Positions 49,710-61,362 of a stretch of DNA of 64,000 bases are shown piece after piece. Location of the stretch: the NCBI GenBank assembly GCA_001599295.1, contig BCGN01000002.1, positions 1,798,001 through 1,862,000 on the forward strand, given 5' to 3'. Every line of letters begins with the position of its first letter. The stretch's first letter is position 1. The DNA comes from Sporopachydermia quercuum. Its lineage: Eukaryota. Under the pieces are notes generated by a model. That model made no database searches and was not told where the DNA came from. It was given only the letters and a program-made list of their open reading frames with translations. The position numbers were made by a program, and so were the translations under genes.

Positions 49710-52700
49710 CTATGCTTTACTGAACTCCTGTATCCTATCTTTTATAGACTTTCCTGGTGTGTCCACTGGTGTAGAAGATCGCGAAGTACCAGTTGATGCA
49801 GCTTTAGTTGGTATTAACGGCGCAGACTCAAAATCAATATGAGAAGCCGCTAATGAGACTGGTTTTCTTGGGATTACTGGCGGCTTCTTGTCTTCTTTTG
49901 GTTCAGGTGATTCTGACTTTGTTAGTCTCTGCTGCTCATTATCCAAACTAGGTAAAGATACAGGAACTCTAAACGATGGTGATTCAGTAGCTCCTCTACT
50001 AGGTGGAGGCGTAGGCTTTAGTGTGGGAGCTTCTATCACAGAACTCTGAACAGGTGTTCCTTGCTTTTTCCTTGGTTTGGGCACTAAAGGTGCAGAATCC
50101 AATGATACTTCATTGGCGACTTTGGACAGTCTGCTAGGAGGCACTGGTGGCTTCCTGCTATACGTTGCTGCTGCTGGTGCTAAATTACCACCAGGTCTGG
50201 AAGGTAGCGGTGGTTTAACTACAGGTGCAATGACTTCAGGTTCACTTCTTGAAATTGTGCTATCGATATTGTTATTGTTATTGCTTTTATGACTATTATC
50301 AATATCATCATCAGCGTCAAAATCAATCAAGTTCACAGGAACACGGTGTGAGTTTCTGCCAGCAGGTACTTGAGGAGGCTCATTATTAGTAGTAACTGGG
50401 ACCGATCGACGTAAGCTAGATGTATCGTCATATCCAATATCAAGAAGATTCTGTTTAGGTAGAACAGAGACTGAGCTCCCGCTGTCAGCTGAGTTATTTG
50501 CTTTATACAGTTCCTGCAACTGCTTAACCAGCTTGTTCTTTTCGNCTTTATCTACCTTCACGACATTAGCCGAAAACAACCCATAGATAGGATGATGATC
50601 AGAGAACAATATCAAGGAGCTGTTATAAGTCAATTGTTCTAATATGTTATCCTTGTTCTTATATATTATTCTGTCAGTCCAAGAAGGAACTCGTTCTTTA
50701 TCTGATGTATCATATTTATTTGTTCCATTGTCATACTTATAGGTAGGGGGGAACTTGATTTCCATTTCCTGGTACCCAGATAATAAAGGGTTATGTTTCA
50801 TTTCCTGTAATAACTGATCCTTTCTTAATAATGCAGAATAATTCATATCACAAACAGCCGACCGAACTTCAGCATTAGATAAAGGGACTCTGAAGTTCAA
50901 ATCACCAAGCACTACAATAGCTGAATGGCTATCAATAGTTTTACCTCTAGAAAATCTGATGCCAGTACGAACACTTTCTAAATCACGTAATCTTTCTTCA
51001 ACAGCGTTTACACCTGCTGCCAAATGAACATTTACAACGCATATTGAAGTGTCATAACACTTGAAACTAATCGCTACAGCACCTTTATTGCCAGCCATTC
51101 CACCAAGTCCTGTTTTCTTGCTTGACGCTTCCACATTTTGAACCATCTCCACTTTAGAAGCTTTAACGAAAAACAAAATAGACAATGAGCTCATTTGTTC
51201 TGTTCTCAATAGTACATATTTTTCCCTTTGATCCAAACAGTCGTTCAGCTTATGCTGCCAGAACATCGAATTAGATTTATCAGCAGCCATAATACTTCCA
51301 GCAGTTAATTCAACAGTTTCTTGGAAACCAATAACAAAAATATCAGGTGTGCAGCTTTCATGTTCTGGAGGAAACAACCAATCGGTTATACCAGCATCAG
51401 ATCTCATACCGTTGATATTAAACGATCCTGTGAATATCATAGCTTCAGTAGAAGTTTCAAACTTGTTTTTTGCCTTTGATAATTCCTCTTGAACATACTG
51501 ATTACCAGGATCATATAACAACACAGGCATCTGATTATCTAGTTTTCCCAATAGAAATTCAATAGTAGCTTGCCGATTCTTATCAACAAAACTATTCATA
51601 TACATTCTACTAACAGACTTAGTAACATCAGACAATGCACCAGCAATATTCATTTTCCCACTTCTTGAGAAAGAAGACTTTAAAGCATTGGTTCCAGTAT
51701 AAATTTGGGATAACTGATCACCATTGTTNGCCCATAAAGTGTTGAATCTTGTCTTGAAATCGAAATTCAGTTCACCAAAACCTTGATCTTCNGCTATTAC
51801 TCTCAGTACTCTCCAACAAATCAGCTGTTGAACAACGTTTGTTCTATCCAAACAATCAAGACAGTTAACTCTGAAGACACCTATTTGTTCAGAAGTGTCT
51901 CTGTTGCTTTGATGGTCAATACTGTAATAGCCGAACTCTTGTAAAGACTCTAGAATGAAAGCAAATATCTTGTTTGCTTGTTCATAGCCATTCTGAGCCG
52001 TTTCAGCATGGAAATCAAATCCTGTCATTTCAAGCTGGGGGAATCTCGAGTCTTTATTCCTAGCAACCAGAGATCTGTATCTCTCGGCTAGTTCACCCTC
52101 AGTTCCCTTAGCTGCCAGTAAATTTACAATATGAACAGAACCATAATTATCTACTAATGTTTGGAAATGCTTAACAAAAGCTGGTTCTGATGCTTCAATT
52201 GATCTGGTGATACTGATTTTTGAGGTTATTAATTGACTTTCTTGCTCCCAAAAAAATGGCAATGAACCTCTGATAATNACGTAGGAAAAAGTTTTCCTTT
52301 CTGAATATATGATAACTTCAGTTTCAACAAAGTTGGCTACATGGCCATCGTCATCAATACCTCTGGCGTTGAATCTTGTTCCTGCACGTTTGTGAGATTG
52401 TTTGGATACTATTGACATAGCACAAATTCTAGATGATCCTAATCTTGCCTTGATTGTTTCAGCATATCCTCTAATGACAGTAGCAAGAAACCCGTTATCA
52501 TCTAATATCTCGGTATCAGTATCATTCAGATTATCTCTGAATTTGACCATCTCGCCCATCATGAAGGAATTCCACATAAATTCTTCCTTGAATACATCGT
52601 TACTAAGTGAATGTTGATCATTAGTTCTTTCTTGTACCCTGGTTGTCAGATCGAAGTCTTGTGAATAGTAGAAACTTCCATTGCTTAATAGATTCCTCAA

Positions 52701-53144
52701 TTCAATACAGGGATGAATAGTTCTGACACTAGCATCATCTTTTGCTGAACCAAATTCAACAACGGCACGCCCATTAACATCTAATGTGATGAAATCCCAC
52801 TCTGGTGATAACAGAGAAAAAAAGTCCACCGAGAATATTCTATTGACGGTTTCATGAGGTCTAGGTCTAGCAACCTCTCTTTGACCTGTGATGCAGCATA
52901 GAAAGATATCATTCTTAACTTCCATGAAACCAACAATTCCGTGAATTTGATGTCTGATTAAGGGCTCATATTGGCGGAGATTTAAATCTTTTCTATCGAT
53001 TAGCTCTAGTTCAATTTGTCGCTGTTTTTCGTGCGAATGAGCCAATGGTNCTGCTCCTCTGCATTTGATACTAAGGGCATGTGATCCGGAAACCAGTAAA
53101 AGCTTCCTTGCTTTATGGTTGTTTTTTCTGACGAGTAGTTTCAT
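49710..53144 (-). CDS. INP53: Synaptojanin-like polyphosphoinositide phosphatase (Sac1 domain, 5-phosphatase, Pro-rich tail), Inp52/Inp53 type
   Basis: AGTRFNARG, intact RVNCLDCLDRTN, GDLNFR, PTYKYD, PSWTDRI and SDH, followed by a PxxP-rich C-terminus. Confidence 0.92.
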   Translation of the reverse strand: MKLLVRKNNHKARKLLLVSGSHALSIKCRGAXPLAHSHEKQRQIELELIDRKDLNLRQYEPLIRHQIHGIVGFMEVKNDIFLCCITGQREVARPRPHETVNRIFSVDFFSLLSPEWDFITLDVNGRAVVEFGSAKDDASVRTIHPCIELRNLLSNGSFYYSQDFDLTTRVQERTNDQHSLSNDVFKEEFMWNSFMMGEMVKFRDNLNDTDTEILDDNGFLATVIRGYAETIKARLGSSRICAMSIVSKQSHKRAGTRFNARGIDDDGHVANFVETEVIIYSERKTFSYXIIRGSLPFFWEQESQLITSKISITRSIEASEPAFVKHFQTLVDNYGSVHIVNLLAAKGTEGELAERYRSLVARNKDSRFPQLEMTGFDFHAETAQNGYEQANKIFAFILESLQEFGYYSIDHQSNRDTSEQIGVFRVNCLDCLDRTNVVQQLICWRVLRVIXEDQGFGELNFDFKTRFNTLWXNNGDQLSQIYTGTNALKSSFSRSGKMNIAGALSDVTKSVSRMYMNSFVDKNRQATIEFLLGKLDNQMPVLLYDPGNQYVQEELSKAKNKFETSTEAMIFTGSFNINGMRSDAGITDWLFPPEHESCTPDIFVIGFQETVELTAGSIMAADKSNSMFWQHKLNDCLDQREKYVLLRTEQMSSLSILFFVKASKVEMVQNVEASSKKTGLGGMAGNKGAVAISFKCYDTSICVVNVHLAAGVNAVEERLRDLESVRTGIRFSRGKTIDSHSAIVVLGDLNFRVPLSNAEVRSAVCDMNYSALLRKDQLLQEMKHNPLLSGYQEMEIKFPPTYKYDNGTNKYDTSDKERVPSWTDRIIYKNKDNILEQLTYNSSLILFSDHHPIYGLFSANVVKVDKXEKNKLVKQLQELYKANNSADSGSSVSVLPKQNLLDIGYDDTSSLRRSVPVTTNNEPPQVPAGRNSHRVPVNLIDFDADDDIDNSHKSNNNNNIDSTISRSEPEVIAPVVKPPLPSRPGGNLAPAAATYSRKPPVPPSRLSKVANEVSLDSAPLVPKPRKKQGTPVQSSVIEAPTLKPTPPPSRGATESPSFRVPVSLPSLDNEQQRLTKSESPEPKEDKKPPVIPRKPVSLAASHIDFESAPLIPTKAASTGTSRSSTPVDTPGKSIKDRIQEFSKA

Positions 53145-54673
53145 TATATTTTATAGAACGNAATTGCAGTTAATATAAGGGAGTCGAGTCAAAATGGTTA
53201 AACGGTGCCTTCGTTCCTGTATGAACCAGTGATGAAAATGCTTAGCTACAGATGGTGTGAGGTGCGAGATAAATCTTGGATGTCGTCAAATGCTAACACG
53301 GGCAATCAAAATTATCATAGGGTATTCCCAAAGGTCTTTTCAAATGTGAAATATATTTTCAGCCTGTCAAAGCCATTTAACAGTTGTTATGAATGGGTAA
53401 GCGATGATACAAATTACTGAGTAATGATCTGTCTGATTGGTAAACAANCAATGAGAGATGATATGACTTAGTATGCAGGTTCTGTTTTAGACTGATTGAT
53501 TGAAACTAAAATCAATATCTAATTAACTGGCCTATAGCTTCCTTTGTCAGCCAATTGATCAATTCATTGATTGAATATTTGCTAGTATTTCTTGTTCAAN
53601 GAAATGAGCCTTCTTTGTAGTTATGAAGAAGGCCCAGGTTGTAAATTTCATAAATTTCAGNTTCCGGTCTTGTGATATGTACGATGATGTGGGAGTCGGC
53701 ACTCTGCATGTTGATGCACAATACAACAGCGAAACAATAATCTCANCTTTCTACAATATGTAAGTAAGAGTGCGAATTTATGACATGTTAAATGGGAATC
53801 AAAGGAGGTTTAAATCAATTCTAGGGTATTAAACTAAAATGATAACACTAATCTTATGAACCATACTTTGAATATCTAATCTGCTTACAAGTAACATTTA
53901 ATGCCACACATGATACAATATGCAGCCTATGCAGAACTCTGCGTCTATTATATGAAGTGCAATTAGACAGTTCCGGAGACGATATCTATCCTAAAATAGC
54001 TTTGCTTGACGCACTGCTTCCGAAATATTTTGTCGATGTCTCCAGAATTATGGCTTTCATATGATAACGAAAAACGTATTCATGAAATGAGAAGATTTAT
54101 CAACGAAGATCTTTGAAAGATTACAGCAACCAGGTTCGAAGCATAAATTATAGCTAAGTATGTCCAATTATATATTATCCTTCCTTTTCATTGTACTCCT
54201 AGTGTTCATTTTGACTCGAACCTCAAACTCTACTAACCATTACCTCCATAATTAGTCACTTATTGCTGCTCCTGCTCCTTGAGAAGTACAATCAATTCTC
54301 TTTGTCTTCCAATCATTTTTATTCCAAATTTGAAATCTATTCAAATTCTCAAAAAATACATCAATTATATTGTAAAATCTTCCATCTACAATTACAATTG
54401 CCCCACACCTCTATTTCGCTTTTCTNTTTTTACCGTTTCTCGAAGCGGAGTCTTTTTCCTATTTTGGATGATTGGAGATTTATCATTCAATTATTGAATT
54501 AGCTAATGAAAGAAGTGTTAGAAGCTAGGTTTCCTGACAATTGTAGTATTTAATCAATGAAGAACTAATTGCATTAGCTTGATAAGTGGCTGTTTTTGGT
54601 AATATTTATTATTTTAGATCGTACCAAATTGATGTTGAAATACTGATAGTTGATTCTGGAAGACCAAAACGAA

Positions 54674-55702
54674 ATGAGCCTTAAGCCTATTGCTCCCCCT
54701 ACCAATGAGCCAATCACTGGCAAATTGGAAGATATACCACCAATTGTATTTGGTGGCGGAGCCTTCAATTATCTGTTTAGTGATGATCCAAATTCAATGC
54801 CAGCATCGTCAATATTAAGAAGAGCATTTGATCTTGGTATTAGAGCCATTGACACGTCAGCTTATTACGGACCTTCAGAAGTAATCATTGGAGGAGCACT
54901 GAGAGAGCTAGCTTCTGAATACCCCAGAAGCAATTACTATCTCATTTCTAAAGCAGGCAGAGTAACTGAGACTGATTTTGATTATTCACCAGAATCCATT
55001 AGAAGCAGTGTTGAACGTAGTTTAGAAAGATTGAACACTCCTCATTTGGATATTTTATATATCCATGACGTTGAATTTGTTCCTGAGGAGGAAACGTTGA
55101 CTGCTGTTAAGACAGCTTTTGAATTGAAGAAAGAAGGATTAGTTAAACATGTTGGTGTCTCCGGATATCCTGTTGATTATTTATTATACATTGCTAAAAG
55201 GATCAAAGAAGAATACGGACCATTAGATGTTCTGCTGACGTACGCCAATTATTGTCTTCAGAACACTACAGCTCTGAAATACATTGAAAGAATCTATAAT
55301 GAGGCTGGTGTCAAAATGATCTTTAACGCATCACCGTTATCTATGTCTTTATTAAGATCCGGTGATACTAGACCATTCCATCCAGGTCCTGATGGATTGA
55401 AAGACTCGGTTGCTCAATATGCCCAGAAGTTGATTGAACAAGATGGCATTGAATTAGCTGACCTTGCTAGTCGATTTGTTTATCGTGGCTGGAACCGTGA
55501 TAAGCATTACGGTAAAACTGCAGTTGTTATTGGTTTGAGTTCTGTTGATGAAGTCGAAGCTGCTGTTAAGCAATACTGGGAAAGTAAGGATGAAGAAGTA
55601 ACTAGAAAAGATGATATTGAAATAGAGAAGTTTACCAAAGCTCTAGGCGATCACTATAACTTATTATTTGAAAGTGGGATTCATCATGATTTCAAGATTT
55701 AA
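54674..55702 (+). CDS. ARA2: Aldo-keto reductase, D-arabinose/L-galactose dehydrogenase (Ara2-like)
   Basis: PPIVFGGG, IDTSAYYGPSE, SKAGR, FDYSP, SLERL, YIHDVEF and GVSGYP. First ATG at 54674. Confidence 0.8.
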   Translation: MSLKPIAPPTNEPITGKLEDIPPIVFGGGAFNYLFSDDPNSMPASSILRRAFDLGIRAIDTSAYYGPSEVIIGGALRELASEYPRSNYYLISKAGRVTETDFDYSPESIRSSVERSLERLNTPHLDILYIHDVEFVPEEETLTAVKTAFELKKEGLVKHVGVSGYPVDYLLYIAKRIKEEYGPLDVLLTYANYCLQNTTALKYIERIYNEAGVKMIFNASPLSMSLLRSGDTRPFHPGPDGLKDSVAQYAQKLIEQDGIELADLASRFVYRGWNRDKHYGKTAVVIGLSSVDEVEAAVKQYWESKDEEVTRKDDIEIEKFTKALGDHYNLLFESGIHHDFKI

Positions 55703-56026
55703 GCTCTTTAAGGATTCTTGGTCACACGTACTGCAATAGTAGTTATATAAGTCTGCGCTAGTTCTCACAAGAAAGAACTTGTTGCGGTAGTTTAATAGTA
55801 ATATATATTAAGTAGGTAATATAATTATAGTATACTAATAAGCCTACGTCAGGTGTAACGTCTTGAGCCATAATTTTGTTAAATTCACGACAGTTATATA
55901 GAAACAATAGAGAACACATAGTATTCAAACAATAAACCTAACGCAAGAAAAGGAAGACATCGCATATCATTATCAAAAAAGGCAAAGGGAAAAAGGGAAT
56001 GGGTTTCCCATATAAATTCAAATTGT

Positions 56027-58711
56027 TTATAATTTTGGAGTTCCTTGTTCAGGAAGTTCAATTGCAGCAGATGTGATAGCAAATGCATCTCTTTCAGCAA
56101 CTTTGACAACAAACAAGACTTTCTTACCTTCCTTCCAAGCGTGTAGTTGTAGAGTTTCACCAGGGAACACATGACCAGCGAATCGGACCTTAATGTTCTT
56201 GAAAACACCATATTTGTCAACTAGAGCCTTAGCAGCAATACCAAATGAACAGAGACCGTGCAAAATAGGCTTAGGGAATTTGCCAACGGCAGCAAACTTA
56301 GGATCAATATGGAGAGGGTTGAAATCGCCAGACAGTCTGTAGATAGCGGCCTGATCTTCAGATGTTTTAATTTCGGTGGAGAAGTCGGGATTTCTCTTTG
56401 GTGGAGTATTTGGTGCAGTAGCAGCACCACGATCTTTACCCGAAGATGGACCTCCAAATCCACCCGAACCCCGAATAAATGTTGTTGATTCGTTGTGGAA
56501 GTAGACATTTCCCTTGTCATCAGAAGTATCAGCACCAGAGATAACAACAGCCGCTTTACCTTTATCTAAGACCTCAATAATGTTACGCTTAGTGGTCAAT
56601 GAGCCATTAGGAGGTAAAGGCCACTTAAGAACTTCTAGATATTGTTCACCATGCAATAACATCATTGGGTTGAAGTTAGGAACTAGATCATCATAGTCAA
56701 AGATATCAGCTCCAACCATTGGAGGAATAACACCGTAAGTAGGTAAAACAGTAAAATTGGGATCCTTTTCATATGTGTACTTAAGTTCTGTTGCTTTAGC
56801 ACCAACCCCCAAGTTGTATAAAATAAGGTCCTTTGAGGTATAGTTGAAAGTACTACTGCCTTCACGTCCAACACCGTCGGTCTTCTTCTTCTTCTTTTGG
56901 AATCCCGTGGCAACAGCTTTGGTGATAGTTGTGAAAATAAGCTTACTAGATTCATTAAGAGAAGTAGGATATGAATTCTTACCAGAGAAATCAACAATAT
57001 CAGCCCAGTTTTCAGCAATTGATTCAGGAACATTAGCTTTATCGAAAGGAATAACTGCACCTTCTGATCGTTCTAATCTGGTATTACCAATCCAGCCTGA
57101 ACCAATTTCAAATAATTGATTACTGCATGGTGATTTATCAGATGCCAATAAAACAGTTAAAGGAGCAATGAATTCAGGTAACAATGTTCTTAATGCTTCT
57201 TCTGGCCAGACGGTCTTGGTCATAGCAGAAGCAGCATTTGGTGCAATAGTATTTACAAGAATATTATACTTAGCACCTTCTTGAGCCAAGGCCTTGGAGA
57301 AACCCAAAATACCGCACTTGGCAGCGGCATAATTAGCTTGACCGAAATTACCATAAATTCCAGAGGTAGAAGTAGTATTCACTACACGACCGTATTTTTG
57401 GTTCAGGAAATATGGCCAGGCAGCCTTAGTGATTGAATATGTACCTTTGACATGAACATCAATGACAGCGTTCCATTCCTTAGGACCAAGCTTAAGGAAT
57501 GATTTGTCTCTTAAAATACCAGCATTGTTGATGACTGCATGAACAGTTCCAAAATTATCAATGGCAGTCTTAATGACTTTATCACCTTCAACAACAGAGT
57601 GTTTGTCAGCAACAGCAATTCCACCTTTAGCCTTGATTTCTTCAACAACTTTGTCCACATTGTCTCCTAAATCGTTGGCAACAATCTTAGCACCATGCTT
57701 AGCAAACAGCAAAGCATAAGCCTTACCAATACCGCCAGATGCACCAGTGATAACAACGACTTGATCTTTCAAAGAAACTTCAGGTCCTTGAGGGGCAGGT
57801 GGTAATTTGTTAGCTTCCTTTAATAATCCTAGGAAATCTGCTGGGCCGTTAGGATATTGCGAACCAGTTGAAAAATCAGTGATTTTCTTGAATTGAGCCA
57901 AAATAGCAGATGGAGTAAACGTTTCATCAGTCTTAAACAGAGCGCCCTTGCTTCTTTGCCATCTGAGCTTGGAAAAGAATCCACCAGCTAACTCAAAGAT
58001 ACCGTTAGTCTCAGAAACAGATTCGTGGGTTAAAAATGCAACTAATGGCACGATAAATTCTGGGCTCAACTTTTCTAGGACTTCCTTTGGAAGAAGACCT
58101 TCAGTCATTCTGGATGCAGCTAATGGAGCAATGACATTAGAAGTAATATTATATTTAGCACCTTCTTGGGCTAAAGTTTCAGAGAAACCAATTAAAGCTG
58201 ACTTAGCCGAAGAGTAATTAGTTTGACCAAAGTTACCATATAGACCAGCAGGAGAAGTAGTTGAGATGACTCTACCGAATTTTTGCTTTCTGAAATATGG
58301 CCAAGCGGCATGAGTAACGCTGTAAGCACCATATACATGAACTTTGTAGATAAGATCCCAATCGACTTCAGTCATCTTCTTGAAAGAAACATCTCTTAAG
58401 ATACCAGCATTGTTGACAACAATATGAACAGTTCCAAAAGCTTGAACAGCAGCTTCAATAATCTTTTCACCAAATTCCACTGAATCGTAGTTGGCCACAG
58501 CTTTACCTCCCTTAGCTTTTATTTCATCTACAACAATATCAGCAGGTCTTTTACCAGAATTAGCTGAATCTCCATGAAGGGACCCGCCCAAATCATTCAC
58601 CACAACAGCAGCTCCACGAGAGGCAAAAAACAGTGCATAAGCTTTTCCTAATCCACCACCTGCTCCTGTTACAACAGCAACCTTACCATCGTATCGAAGT
58701 TGGTCAGTCAT
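56027..58711 (-). CDS. FOX2: Peroxisomal multifunctional beta-oxidation enzyme (two SDR domains plus hydratase 2; 894 aa)
   Basis: TGAGGGLG and TGASGGIG, NNAGILRD twice, YxxxK twice, YRLSGDFNPLHIDP, PILHGLC and PTS1-like PKL. Start taken at MTDQLRYDG. Confidence 0.96.
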   Translation of the reverse strand: MTDQLRYDGKVAVVTGAGGGLGKAYALFFASRGAAVVVNDLGGSLHGDSANSGKRPADIVVDEIKAKGGKAVANYDSVEFGEKIIEAAVQAFGTVHIVVNNAGILRDVSFKKMTEVDWDLIYKVHVYGAYSVTHAAWPYFRKQKFGRVISTTSPAGLYGNFGQTNYSSAKSALIGFSETLAQEGAKYNITSNVIAPLAASRMTEGLLPKEVLEKLSPEFIVPLVAFLTHESVSETNGIFELAGGFFSKLRWQRSKGALFKTDETFTPSAILAQFKKITDFSTGSQYPNGPADFLGLLKEANKLPPAPQGPEVSLKDQVVVITGASGGIGKAYALLFAKHGAKIVANDLGDNVDKVVEEIKAKGGIAVADKHSVVEGDKVIKTAIDNFGTVHAVINNAGILRDKSFLKLGPKEWNAVIDVHVKGTYSITKAAWPYFLNQKYGRVVNTTSTSGIYGNFGQANYAAAKCGILGFSKALAQEGAKYNILVNTIAPNAASAMTKTVWPEEALRTLLPEFIAPLTVLLASDKSPCSNQLFEIGSGWIGNTRLERSEGAVIPFDKANVPESIAENWADIVDFSGKNSYPTSLNESSKLIFTTITKAVATGFQKKKKKTDGVGREGSSTFNYTSKDLILYNLGVGAKATELKYTYEKDPNFTVLPTYGVIPPMVGADIFDYDDLVPNFNPMMLLHGEQYLEVLKWPLPPNGSLTTKRNIIEVLDKGKAAVVISGADTSDDKGNVYFHNESTTFIRGSGGFGGPSSGKDRGAATAPNTPPKRNPDFSTEIKTSEDQAAIYRLSGDFNPLHIDPKFAAVGKFPKPILHGLCSFGIAAKALVDKYGVFKNIKVRFAGHVFPGETLQLHAWKEGKKVLFVVKVAERDAFAITSAAIELPEQGTPKL

Positions 58712-59058
58712 TATGATTAAATTAATATGATAATATCGAAAGTCCTTCAAAAAAGAAGTATTACTATTTGTTATAATGTCTATGCACTTCTGGATTTCAA
58801 TTATCAACAATCCATCAACTGCAATGCCATAAAATCCAAGCTACGTATTTGTCTTCTTTCAATACAAAAACAAGTTGATTTACTTGTGACAGTTGCCCCT
58901 TCCTTTATATATTCATTGCATAAGTGAGGAGATGCGCCGACACATGCAAAATCTGGGGTATACTTGTAGGAAACTGGGGTGAATTAATTGGGTTAGTATA
59001 CAAATGGTGTTTAAAGTCACGTGGAAAAGTTTGCCAATAGAATAAACAATGTGAAGAG

Positions 59059-59064
59059 CCTCGG
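59059..59064. promoter_or_regulatory. CCTCGG (FarA/Ctf1/Por1-type fatty-acid response element) in the FOX2 promoter
   Basis: About 350 bp upstream of the FOX2 ATG. TATAAA on the minus strand at 58909-58904, GTCACGTG at 59016-59023, and several Adr1-like YGGRG sites nearby. Confidence 0.55.
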
Positions 59065-61362
59065 TAATAATATTAATCAGGAGCCGATCGGTTGTCATAT
59101 GAAGTTTCCGGGGGTGAGGCTGGAGACTTCTGGTATTGCGACAATAATCAGAAGAGATTCGTTTGGTTGAAATGGGGGTACATGTAGAGACAAAGAGGTT
59201 TAGTTGTGACGATAGACAGGAGATTGAAGGGAAAAGAAGATGTGCCTCGATTTTAGTAAACTATATGAATTGGTTGAGGTTAATTATGGGAGTTTCATTG
59301 GAAACATATGGATCAGTAGAATTCTTAGANCTGAGCTAATCTTCACATGACACCTGCGATGAGATGTGAGTAATGAATTGAGAAATGAGACACGAAGTAT
59401 AAGAAGTAACGTGACCAAAGCCCATCGCTTCCTTTTCTGGTCGAAAAAGAAGAAATGGTTCGTAGAATAGGACGAATAAACATGTATATCTTAAAATTGA
59501 AAGAATGAATGAAGTAAATTATAGAAGGCAATATATTATTGTATCGTTATACGCTTGTTATATATTTCAACATTGATCTACTTACTAGATGCTCATCAAT
59601 AATCACTGTAATTGTCCTGACGATGGGATTCTTCAACCAGGGAGATTAGTTGTATAGAAATGCCATACTTATGTAAGATTGTCTGAAGTATTTGTTAAGA
59701 CTATCCTAGTAATCTTCTCACTACTACTTATGAGACTGTCAGGACTACCAATGAGCTTGAATAAAAAGAAGAATAAATAGTCAAAAGCAAATAAAACAAG
59801 ATTGAATCATAGAGGTTAGTTAATGAAGGTAGTAAATACAAAAATATAAGAATGGGAGTAACCTAGATCTATGAAAAACACATATATGCATAGTTCCGGT
59901 CATAATTTGAACTTGACGAATACTCTCGCTTATTATATGGAGAAGCTGCAGCTGAAACATAATCATGATTCGAACATCCATAAGGAATCCACTGTTCTAC
60001 TGTCTACTTGAGTCATCATCACCTATCTTGCTCAATGAGGTTCTATTTATTTCACTTGGAGCTTTCTATAGGTAGAAGATTCTCAACGGCGACGGAACAT
60101 TTTTCCCTAAAGAAATAAAGATCTAAAGCGCTTCAAACGGTTGTCATTTCTTTATCTGTCTTGTCAAACCGTACAAGGTGTATATATAATGAATCTCTCA
60201 ATTCCTCAAACAATCTGTCCCTCTGCACAAGAATGCACTAGCGGACATTGCGCTTCACAATCTGAATTATCTTACTACCGGATAACTGAATCACCGGCCT
60301 AAGAACAATAAAATGAATATGTACGTAACCAAGGGCCGAGGATTTCAGAAGGAATATGTCAGAGAAAATTGAACGAGTAAATTAGATGGTACCAAATGAC
60401 ACATAGTATGAGATAGTTTATACATTATAAGCTGACAATCCTCACAACATGTTACACTAGCTTGTAAAAGACCAGTCAGATAATCAATCATTCTTTTTCA
60501 TATTTTGTTTGCTTGCCATGAAGAAAACATAGTAGATCCCGATGTCAATTTAAGGTTCCAACTAACAGTTAAGGTCGATTTTTTTGTTAACATTCTGATA
60601 AGATTAAAGTTGTAAATGTGGGGACTGGATTCAACTTTACATGGTCTTCTAGTTTCGAGAACTTTTTGGAGATAGAATAGATGTTTTCAGGACAATGATC
60701 TCTNGTTTTTTTGGATTGTTTATACAGGTGTTTGATGGGGCATTAATCNACTCCATAATGTAATCAAATTATAGAATTAGAAATAGGCTAGTATGCTTCA
60801 AATATTTCTCCTATAATCTCGATGGATCAAAGTTCCTTAAGAAGTTTCTTCCTTCTTGAACTGAAAGCTTGAAGGAACTAGAGCCTCCACTTTATTTCCC
60901 TTATTTCCCCAGTCTTATTACAGTTTGCCCCACAATTTCTGAAATTCATCTTTCTTATAAGGTTTTACTCTGCCTTATATATTATACTTTAATATTTATG
61001 ACTAACGTTACGTTTTTTTTTTACAAACTTATTTTATCTCAATTCCAATCCATTTTGGACAACGGATGGGTGAAGCATCCGGGGCAGGTTATATGCGAAT
61101 CAGAATATACTAGTCTTGTATTAAAATAGAAGATTATCCTCTTTCTGGTTCTCTTTTTTTCCGGGAAGTTTTCTTTTATCCTAAACTTTTCTATTTCCTT
61201 TTCTGAGTAAAATACTATACACGGCACAGTACATACTAATCAAGCGTTCTTACAGCAACAACCAGTGAACAACCAAAATTTTCTGAGACACTAAAATTGA
61301 GTATAAGCACTGCTATTTTACAGTATTGTTTCTCTGTATGATCAAAAAACAATTCATAAATC

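Noticed and set aside
55691..55702. C-terminal FKI of the Ara2-like protein as a PTS1
   Set aside because: It departs from the (S/A/C)(K/R/H)(L/M) consensus at two positions.
58712..58810. 33-codon N-terminal extension of FOX2 in the ORF track
   Set aside because: It starts at TTG with no ATG, and homology begins at MTDQL.
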